Source: Pseudovirgaria hyperparasitica (taxonomy: Eukaryota). From it: a stretch of 64,000 nt of DNA. Under the pieces are notes generated by a model that ran no database searches, was not told the origin of the DNA, and worked only from the letters and a program-made list of their open reading frames with translations. This document shows positions 23,671-34,300 of the stretch, one piece after another. The translations under genes and the position numbers were made by a program. Positions within the stretch are counted from its first letter, which is position 1; each line of letters starts with the position of its first letter. The stretch lies in the NCBI GenBank assembly GCA_010093815.1, contig ML996577.1, one strand, 5' to 3'.

Positions 23671-25032
23671 TCAAGAAGGAATGTGAGCAGCTGGCATCCC
23701 CTTCAGTCCGATGCTTGCATCGTTCTGATGTGGTATACCCCAGCCGGTCTCAATATCTGTTTCCACAATGATGGTGTTCCCGGTATGGCTCTTATCCATT
23801 ACGAATGACTCGTCCCGGCTATATTTCCGATTGCCTTCACTAGCCTCTCCGCGCGAACGAAGAGAAGTCGTGGAGAATGTGCTCCTAATGCTCTGAATTA
23901 TCCTTCCTGCCGAAGCGTAGCGGATCAATGGTGACAAGGTCAGTAAGCTAGCTGCAATAAGGCCGACGCCCGTCTCTACGACCATCCAAGTTACAGCGAT
24001 AGTGGCAATATCTAGAAATGGTTAGGATTAGATCGTTATAGGGCTGGACAAGACTCGCATTCACCGTCCGGGAACGACCAGTGTCCATTCCATACTATAA
24101 CCCAGTTGACAAGTCGTACTAAGGAAGCGGCAGTAGCCCTAGTAGAATGAGTGAACATAGCACGGCGAATGGATCAGTGTAGCTCACAAGGACCCAATCA
24201 TAAACACCCCAACAATCGAGAACTTCTGACGAGTTCGCATGTGAAGACCCCAGATCTGTCAGAATTAGATTAGATGACCGTGACAGCAATTCTGTGAGGA
24301 TCCGCACCTTTGGAATTGGCATGACCAGTATGATCAGATCAGTCAAGAAGCTTGCTATGGATGCCGCAAAAGACAAATTGTCCGCCAGTGGACATTTTCT
24401 ATTGATGTTAACCACGGTGTCCCATCGAGTCGCAACACCAGAGCTGCCGCAGGCAAAGATCTGGCTGAAGATGTAGGCTACGGTCCAAATCAAGACAATG
24501 GCGACCATGGTATACACTAAATAAGTGAACTTCGGTCTACTTCGCGTGCAAAAGAGTCTTTTGTAGAAGAATAGAATGCTAAGTTTGACGAGACTTGTTG
24601 ATAGTGCATACAACGGATGCATAACAAACTGAATCTACGCCTGATTTAGCTGTTATCACGATGTACTGCATAGCGCTGCTCACCATCATGAAGTTTTTCT
24701 GCTCTGGAGACATAGAATACCTGAACCCTCCAGGGCCAGGTACATTGGGTGGAGGCGCAGGGTAGCCGAGTGAGTGTGAGAAAGTTCCTATCCTGCGTGA
24801 GCACGCTCACAGATATCTATTTTCAAACATGAATCTACTCACCCCATAATGCAATGCCAAAGACGCCATACGCGAAAATGAGTGCTGGCAAGATCAGCCA
24901 GTCTTCTAGGCCTGCCTTCGACTCGTGTGCTCGTCGTGACCAGAAACGGAGGCCGGTTGTGAGTGTTCCAATTGCTGCGAGGAGGAAACATACTGTCGTC
25001 AGCATATGTGCCTCATACGGTTGTTTATACAT
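23671..25032 (-). CDS. PTH11-like (rhodopsin-domain) integral membrane protein, 6 exons, no CFEM domain
   Basis: LRFWSR..GLEDWLILPAL, LVKLSILFFYKRLF, TDLIILVMPIPK|IWGLHMRTRQK, WMVVETGVGLIAASL.TL.PL; five short GT-AG introns. Confidence 0.88.
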
Positions 25033-25436
25033 ATTGAAGACACACGGTGAACATGAGAGGTTGAAGGTTGTGAACTGTGCCGCTGCTAGCGTGTGTCGAA
25101 AGAGCGTCTATTTGCTTCACAGACACCCAAAGCCAAGAAGAGGAGTGGCAGTAGAAGCCGTTTCCTCGTAATCTTTTCGGATGTGAACCAACGGTTTGGA
25201 AAATTTAGCGCGGGGATGGCGGTCTATCTTTGCCGGATGCGGCCAAGAGTCGTCTATCATGGCGCAGTGTATGGTGGTGCTATGGACACGCGAGATCGAC
25301 AGGCTGATGCAGACGGTGGCCCAACTAAACAACTCACAAGTCGTATATTTTGCTGAGTATCGTTCTGTAGTGCAAACTCCGTTGAGCTCTTGATGCAATT
25401 TCAAAGAATATCACCATCGATCAAATAACTGTCGTC

Positions 25437-26289
25437 ATGAAGTACTTCGCAGTACCACAATCCGATGAGACGTCCATAGCCCCGTCATCGCAGACTGAAC
25501 AAAGACGCGGATGGCGACTCGACAGCTTCTGGTGGAAGTGTACCTCGCTATTACTGCTAAGCATCAATACAATACTCACTGTTCAAATCCTTCGCTCGCC
25601 ACGATGCAGCCCAATAGACAGTTCTCTCGGACACCCCACAAGTTTTAGTAAGTATCATAGTCTCAGCACCGTTCCTGCAGCGTACTGATGCCGTGAAGCT
25701 GGGATACACGAAACGAGTAGAGAAGTGCGAAACTCCTGGTGGACACGCTACAGCGCCGAGAACGATGGCCAAAGACCCGCCGTTGACGAAGCTTGGAATG
25801 CATTACGTGCAGACCATGGCATCGTTGCATTGCCATATGAATGGTCAAAGAACAAGGGTTTGCCATCAAGTCTGATCCTTCCCTCCGACAGATCGAAGCG
25901 AGTTTATATCCTTGAGTCATACCATATGCTTCATTGCCTGGTAAGGGCAATACAATAGCATTCAGATGTCAGTATTAACGGTTGTTCAGCAATTGACCCG
26001 CAAGTCCATCTACCAGATGCGAGGCAACGAACCTCTGACGTACCACTTCGATCACGTAGAACATTGTATTGATGCGCTTCGGCAACATGTTATGTGTAAT
26101 GCTGACGATACACTGCTGTACATACCTGGGAACGGCACTGCTGGGCATGGACAAACAAGACAGTGCAAGGATTGGAATTATTTGAGTAAGTGGGCTACCA
26201 AGAATACTGCTTGCTTCGAAGATAAAACGCCAACGTCTGGGGTGTTTGGGTCTTGCGATGACGGCTCAGATGGACTGGTTTTGGACTGA
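25437..26289 (+). CDS. UstYa-like DUF3328 oxidase, 250 aa (exons 25437-25647, 25699-25940, 25990-26289)
   Basis: N-terminal TM segment, VDEAWNAL, YHMLHCL and HVEHCIDALRQHVMCNADDT (two HxxHC motifs), RQCKDW; spliced length 753 nt is in frame. Confidence 0.93.
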
Positions 26290-26474
26290 AAGTGGGATAT
26301 TCGCGATGTAACTATCTTCCTAATAGGATCAAGTGTTCATTTGGAGCGACAATATAAGCCCTTATCCACATTGGATGCATCTATGACCGCTCTACTTTCC
26401 CAGCTACATCCGCTGTAGGACATACTTCTAGTTCCTTATGCTTGCGTGCTAGCAATCCTGCTGTGGCAAAGGAT

Positions 26475-26685
26475 TCACCAAGCCCTGATCAAACATGGCC
26501 GCCCCTCCACATTATCACCAGTGCCTATGAAACGTAATTTTAGTAACGAGGGGCCAGGCCAGATGACGACAACACGCACATTTGGCTTCGTAGCCATCGA
26601 GCTCGCCTTCCGGACTCGTGGGAAGAGATGAGACTCCCATCGCAAGGGCAAGTAGAATTTGGTAGCAGATAGTGCTGAACTTCAT
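26475..26685 (-). CDS. Small secreted peptide, 51 aa, candidate RiPP precursor (exons 26685-26580, 26524-26475): MKFSTICYQILLALAMGVSSLPTSPEGELDGYEAKCTGDNVEGRPCLIRAW
   Basis: Strong start context caatcaccATG; MKF-hydrophobic-VSS|LP signal-peptide pattern; 55-bp intron gtgcgt...tactaaa...catag; convergent with the DUF3328 gene, stops 185 bp apart. Confidence 0.75.
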
Positions 26686-28135
26686 GGTGATTGACTGTCA
26701 ACTCGCTGTTGAATGCTGAGGTCGAAACAGTAGAGGTATATGGCTAATGAGCAACCAAGTGCAATGACAAACGGGTTGAAGGAATGGACGATTCAAGTTG
26801 TTAAGACGTGAACCAGGGAAGGGTCTTGGTCCCAACCGACTTGTCAGGCGGGTCCACTTGTCGGACACCTCTTTCGGACCGAATTTCGATTGCGGACACA
26901 GATCAATCGGCCCGAAAGCATTCCATAAACTAAGTAACCTTGAATTTGCAGATCGCCAGATCAAAGACTTGTGGACCTTATGCTCAGCGTCCAGCGTGAG
27001 AACAAAGAATTATAAAGGCCATCAGTAATGAGAGTTCGCATCGACTGACTTATGCTTGATTAGGTATATTAAAGAGACTACAAGAGAAATATGCAATCGT
27101 TCGTCCGGTCTTTGTACTGCCTTGGCCTGCTGAGCGTATAATACAAGCATGGCCGTACAAACGGGCTAAATGCCGAAGTGCCCACACCTCCTCAGCTTCA
27201 CAGCGATCATAGCATCATAATTTAGGGACTCCCGGACACCTGCCAGTAACGAAAGCCCAACACATCGGATCCGTAAGCACGAATGCGGCGGAGGGTTTTG
27301 CCAAGCGACTACTCACAGCGATCTTTCATTCGGCGCTTCGCACTGACCCATCGCCAAACGGGCGGGCCGCACTGCGGTTGGCTTGTGGAGGGTCCTTGTG
27401 GCTGGACCTTGTGGCGCCGTCCTTATGGGAACAGGAGTGTCAGAGTAAACAAGGTCTCATACATGTATGGCTTCTATATCTTCCCAAAATCACGGCTATC
27501 TCGCTCAAGGAACGCTTTGCGAGATTACAGTTTCATCTCAGCCCGTAGTGCATTCTCCATTTGCCCAAGATGGTGATAACACGATGCGCACCCTGGATGA
27601 ACAAACACGGTCCCGAGAGCCTCGAGTCGAGTTGGGCGTTATGGACACAACCCCTACAAGTTTCAAGCATGCGGTCCTCCTGCAATATCTTCAAGATATC
27701 ACACTGCCTATTTGTAGGAGATAAGAGTATATCCCACGCAACAGTTCCCCAGTTCGGACCGAAATGCTGTTTCATGCAGCAGAAGCCGCATGCATGCAGA
27801 CTTCCTATCAATCAGTTCAGTTCAACTTTGGGCATCTAGTTGAACTGGACTGAAGTACTTCAATCCTAGCCGTCGTAGAATTGGATTGAACTGTCAATCC
27901 TAGTAGTAGAATTGAAGTTGAACTGGACTGGACTGAAGAATATTAGTAAGATTAGCTAAAAGTCTTAAAGATAGAAAAAATTCATAGTATTTTGAGGCTA
28001 TATATCTATATTACCTATATAGTAATTCTTAATATAAGTAAGTAATAGGCTAAAAGGAGACTATTTAGGTTATTAATATATAGCTATTAGTAGAGAGACT
28101 CTATGTGGTTTTTTATATATGAGAGTGATGGATAA

Positions 28136-28290
28136 GTCACGTGATAGTCACGTGATTATCACGTGGCTTCACTTATTCCATCACATGATGGCTCACGTGA
28201 TATAGTCCATGATCGCTTACCTAGCAGGAGTCACATGCTTATCATGTAATCACGTCACATGACACATCACGTGACATTGAGTCACGTGAC
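28136..28290. repeat. Dense cluster of CACGTG (E-box) motifs inside the hAT-type element
   Basis: Six exact CACGTG (28138, 28149, 28160, 28194, 28268, 28283) plus CACATG variants in ~155 bp. Confidence 0.85.
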
Positions 28291-28306
28291 ATCTTCCTCA
28301 TGAATC

Positions 28307-31300
28307 TATGGGAACTTTGGTAAATTAGACGTGGCAAAATTGATTGACGTATCTACTAAGTCTATCTAAGTACTATATATACTAGCCTAACACTAAATAA
28401 GATCTAAGTAACGGGGATTACCTAATAGGAATCCTATATCTTCCCTCTTCTAATTATATAAGCTCCTATAAGACCGTTAAAGATAATTAACGGAGTTAGA
28501 ATATATAATATAGGGAGGTAGGCGTGTGAAATCTCTTCGGCGCTAGGCCGTATTAGCGACACGTCGCGTAAGGGCGGTGGTCTAAGCTTATTTTAGTGCT
28601 AAATAGTCACCTTTACTATTCCTATATTCTACCGTTCTTTAACCTTACATTTCTTAACTAATTTAACCCTTTCCTTAGTTTTTCCAGCGCTAATTCCTTT
28701 TAATAATATCTAATAACATAGCTGAAACTCCTGCGAACTTAGAAATTACTCTAATTAATGCTATAATTTCATGTATATAAACTTTAACTTCACCTTTTTC
28801 CCTTCTAACTTAAACTTCCTATAGCGGACATGGTTATAAATAAGGATCTTTGTCGTGCTTTCTTAGGTCCTCCATATAGAAATCCTAACTGGTTATTACT
28901 TAATAAAGTATTAGCGGCGAATAAAGGTGCTCTAGATAGTAGGTTAAGTTACCTTATTCCTTAAGTATAGGTTAACTATATAGTTCGTAAGAGTTACTTA
29001 AAGATGGCCCACGGCTATCTATATCCGAACGGGCCTTAGGGTTCGCCATTCTTTTAAGAACTAGACCTAGAAGATAAAGCTTTAGCTTAGTTAATCGAAG
29101 AAGGCGGTTAGAGCCTTAAACCTAAGGTCTCTAAGGCTGAAGTTAAGGCTCCGGCCTCTTAAGGATCGGTAATAGCTATTAATAAGCCTCTTTCTAAGGT
29201 GGAAGGTGATTCGTTTAATATACCCTTCTATAAGAATCCTACTAACCTATATAGATCTTCTAGATAAAGTTACGGGTCCGGAGTCTACGTTAATTACCCT
29301 TAATAAGCCCTTTGAAGTCTCTACGAAAGCTAGTCGGTTCGCGAACCTATCGGAAGACTCTAATAATGTTTTCTATCCTAAAAATAAAGATAGGGAAAGC
29401 TCTAGGTTATTAGACCTCGATAGTAATACGTTAATCGAAGTTAACGAGCTCGGCGATGTGGTTACTCCTAAGGCAACTAAGAAAGGTAAGTTACTAAGTC
29501 TTATATTAAGATTCTAGTTCCTAATTCTTATCTAGGCTCTCGTCCTAGAATACCTAGGACTCTAGTAAAGACCTGTAGTGCCGTAAGGACTCTATTAAAG
29601 GTGTTTAACAGCCCTAAAACTCGCTCCATAACTTCTAAGCTGGCTATTATAGACCTTAAAAGTCCTAATAAGGTCGTTAAGAAGACTCCCGTGAAGCGAA
29701 AGGGGTCTATAGCTTCTCGTAAGGTTAGTGCGATAGCGTAACCTATAGTAAATAAACTTAATAGCTATAGCGATACCGAGATCGAAGTGGTAGATTGTAT
29801 AGGCCTCCGAGTTCGATCTAATTACTACTTCTTTTTAGAGAAGTCTATCGAGTTTATATAGTAGTTGGCTTACTAGAGTAAGTCCTTATCTCGTTAATTA
29901 TCTTTAATAGTTAGCTAACTTATTCTAGGGTGGCTGTTCTCGGACCCTCCTATCGACGGAACGCTCTATAAGGAATTTATTAATGGCCTTATTAAGGCGT
30001 ACGCCAGTGGTTAGCACGCCTCGATTCCGAAGGATCTACTTCCATTCTATATAATAGATAAGTTCGGTAACTACTATTATCCTTAGGATATCGTAGTAGG
30101 AGGAGGGATCTTTCGGGATCCTTCGAAACGCCTAGATAGGTTGTATCCCTATACTATTCTAGCTATCCTAGGCATGATGGCTCGCGGCGCATACTAGTAC
30201 TTTAGCGATAGCGCCTATAGTTCTTATTCTACTAGCAAAGGCATCTTTAGGGAGTGTATGCAGCTTTTTCCTAACGGGTTCCTACTATTTAAAGGTACCT
30301 GTTTAAACTATTTCTACTAAGGGAATAGGAAATTCTATAGCATGTCGCGTTATAAGTTATTCCTTTATATCGTTAAAGGCTTTTAATAGATTTAACGCGT
30401 TCCTATAGTATACCGTAGCGAGCGTAACGTTATTAAAAAGCGCTAATATACCGAGTAGTCTTCGTTTATAGAGATAACTAAGGCCACTAGAAAGTATTCG
30501 GCTGCTAAACTTCGTTAAAAGAAGTTATTAGGTCTTAAGGAGACTAGGTTAAACTCTAAGGCTGGTCCTTCGCTCGTGAGTTAGATTTATATCTCGTGTG
30601 ATCTCTAGCTAATTAAAAGGTTACAGCTATAATAGAATGGATATATTACGGCGGTCCGGAGGTCCTCGTTCCTAGCTTTAATAATACTATACCTCCCGAC
30701 CCGAGCATTATCCCTATTCATTCTATATAGGACCTTAAAGATGAAGGACTTCCGCTTAACGAAGCCGTTGAAGATTGGTTTAGTCGTCCGATAAACGCGT
30801 TTAGCGAGGTTAGCCGCACGCCTTAAGGGCTACTATATAAGTTCTTAATTAACGATAGCATGCCCGAGGAGGGCGAGAAGGTGTTAGTATAATTTACGAA
30901 GAATCCACTGAATTCTACTCGTAAGGTCTAGGACTAAGTAGGCGGCTTCTATTTTATAATGATACCCCATCTTATTAAGCGTTAAAAGGCGTTAACGGCT
31001 TTCTTTTATCTCTGTTTGGTCTTACGGTTCTTAAATAGCGATTTTAGACTTATATAATATCATTATAAGTCCACGTCTTCTTTCTTTAACCTCCTAGTAA
31101 TTTCTAAGGCTCGTTAATCTTCTTTAATAGCCGTATATGTTCTAAATAAGTGAATGGGGGGTTAGTAGTACTATATATAAAGGAGATAATTAGGGAAAGA
31201 CTAAAGTTAGTTATATTCTAAGCTTTCCTATAATAGCTTTAAAGGTAATATCTTTTTCCGTAGGGAGTACCTCTCTCCCTCTAATCTATTAACTCGTCTT

Positions 31301-34300
31301 AACGCGCTGGCTATAGCCGCTTAGGTTTCTCTACTATATTCATCTATATAGGATCGCTTTCTCTTTCGCGTGTAAGGTTCGCTTTCTATAAGATCCCGTA
31401 TAGGGATATCCGAGTTAGTTAGGGGTTATTTATTCGCTTCGTTAACCTCCTTTAATACTTCTTCTATATCTAAGTCTATATCTATACTTATAGGATTCTT
31501 ATATTCTAGTTAGATATCCTTATCTAAGTCTATTCGTGTATCATTAAACTCGTCTCCTAAGCTTATTTCTTTAGGTAATTCTTCCTGTCTCGCTTCTATT
31601 ATGGCTTCCTCTACCGTGTTAATCTCGTTTAACGGGTTATCTATCGGTTTCTTAGTTATCGTTTAGGCTTCCTCTACCCTTAGAGCATCGTAGCTCTCTT
31701 TAATATTTATTATCGGCGGTTATATCGCTCTGCTATTCTCGTGTTATTCTTCTAGTATATTTTTTAGTTCGTTAATAATGATTAGCACTAGTACGATTAA
31801 CGTAGTTACGGTAGCTCTCCGTTTACGTCGATTTCTTATATTAGTAAGCCTGATTTAACGCGTAATATCTACGTCTATCGAGCTCTCCTCTACTAAGAAT
31901 AAACGTACGCCCTCGTACGTTAACTCTCGTTAACTCCATAGCTACTATAGCCGGTTCCACTCCTTCTTAGGAAGGGAGGATAGAGTCGTCTAATATAGGG
32001 TAGGTTTCTCTTTCTCTAAAACCTTCTTAATGTCTAGTAAGTAAGGTGCCACTTGATTCCTAATTTCCTTAGACATTTATAAGTTAATCTCCTATCTCGT
32101 CTAGAAGTCATCTAGCTTATTAATGCCTCTTGCCGTAATTAGCCTATTGCCATGTATAAGGTGTCGTAGAATACGTCCGTTAGGTGTTTCTAGCGCGTAT
32201 ATACCTAAGGGGTGTTATATATAAACCTTATAGGGACCTAAGTAGTTCGTTTTGAACTTCGTTTTCTATTTATTCTTTAGTAAAACGATTTAACTAATAG
32301 ATAGTCGCGCCTAGTCTTTAGGTTTAAGCCGAGTCGGATCTATAAGGTCTCGGTAAGCGGCTTCCATAAGTAGTTCGTTTAGCGCTAGCGTCCTAGCGTG
32401 TTATACTTTCTTAACTTGCTTAATAAGTTCGTTAAAGGATATTAACTTATCCTTTTCTCTAGGAATATTCCCTAGTAAGTTAGGGTACTATCTATATACT
32501 AGATAATATAGACTAACTTCTATACTCCTGTGTCGTCGGATCCTCGTGGCGAAAACGGCGGCTGGTAAGTATATATCCTAGTTAGTTACTAGTTCGCCTA
32601 TATACATGCGGGTAAGGATGCCTCCTAAGGTTCTATTAAGGCGTTCGACCTTTCCGTTTATACGAGGGTGATAAGGCGTAGTAAGTTTATATTCCGTCTT
32701 AAGGATACGTAGTAGTGCGCTAACCACTCTTAATAGGAACTACTAACTATTATCTAAGGTTAGTACGGCGGGGGGTCTAAAATCTATGAAGATTCGTTTA
32801 TAAATGAACCTCGTGATAGACTCTACGGTCGCCTCGGGGACTACCTATACGATAGGCTATCCCGTTGCGTAGTTAATTACTATTATTACCTAACTGTTAC
32901 CGTTATGCGTAGTGGGGAGTACGCCTATAAAGTCGATACCCTATTCTTTAAAGGGTGCTCGGCGTGTAACCCTATGAAACTATCTCTCGTGTTATGGATT
33001 TGGTGGCACTCGTTGCGCTAATTGGCATTGACGGTAATTGCGAGCGACCACCTCTACGTCTTTCTTCATTTTAAACTACCAGCCTTGTTTTTCTAGGGCT
33101 CCTAGTAGTCCGGGCCATATAAAGTGACCGAATTATTAATATATAGTTTCTACTAGCAACTTGCGGTATTATTCCGGGATGTAAGGCGCTGAATTTTCCG
33201 CTAAATCTTCTTAACTATTATTAAAATCCTATAGCTTATATCGAAGTTTACTCTCGGCGTCGAGGCGTAGTCGAGATAGGATTTCGGGAGAGACTTTTAG
33301 TACATGCTCTATTAGGTCGGCTCCTTTTAGGAACTCGATAATTTAGGCTATGAGAACGTGTTTATTAACTTTACTTAATGGTATTACGGAGATCTCGCCT
33401 TAGAAGTCTAGCCTTCTACTAATGGCGTTAGGTACCACCGCCTTAGATCCTAGGCGATATTTTATGTCGAGATCGAAGCTTCCGAACTTATCAATCCATC
33501 TATCTATACGGCCTCCTTATTCCTTTATAGACTTAAGGAACTATAGGCTATGGTAATCGGTTAGGATCGTCGTCTTCTTCGTTCCTAGTAGGTATCTCTA
33601 AGTGCGTAGGGCGTGTTTAATAGCGAGGAGTTCTTTTTCGTGAACCGGATAGTTAAGCTCGGCGCCATTAAGCTTTCGTCCGTTAAACGCGATTAGCTAA
33701 TACTACTTGCTAGGATCCTCCTAGTAGATTACTATACCGATCGCATAGTTACTTACATCCGTTTTAATGTAGAAGGGCTTAGTCTTATTAGGTTAAGCTA
33801 GAACCGGTTCGGAATACAGGGCATTCTTTAGGGTCTTAAAGGTAAACGCCGTTAATAGCGTCCATCGAATAGGCCTATATTTCTATTTACGGATAAGAGG
33901 GTCTACTTCCTTAAGGAGGTCTATTAGGGGTGCGGCGATACTCGCGAATCCCTGGATATACCTCCGATAATAATTCGCTAGGCCGAGGAACTATCGGACT
34001 TCGCTAACGTTCGTAGGCTCTAGCCATTCGCGAATTACCTTAATCTTATCCTTTATCGGGCGAAGTTATCCTTATAAGACGTGGTATCCATAGAAGTTAA
34101 CTTCGGTCTAGCTAAAACTATATTTCTCCGGATTGGTAAGCAAGCGGTATTCACGGAGTAGGGCAAGTACTTTTAATAGTACTCTAGCGTGTTCTTCTAT
34201 ATCTTCGGAAAAGATAATAATGTCGTTAAGGTATACAACTACAGATTTGTATAGTAGGGGTTAAAGGACTCGATTTATCATCTTTTAGAATGTGGTAGGT

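Noticed and set aside
26512..26685. Unspliced 57-aa reading of the peptide gene (..AKCACCRHLAWPLVTKITFHRHW)
   Set aside because: A 55-bp GT-AG intron with a branch-like site, matching the intron sizes of neighbouring genes, is more plausible; not formally excluded without RNA data.
27090..27140. MQSFVRSLYCLGLLSV as a second secreted peptide
   Set aside because: Stops after 16 codons and no convincing splice continuation was found.
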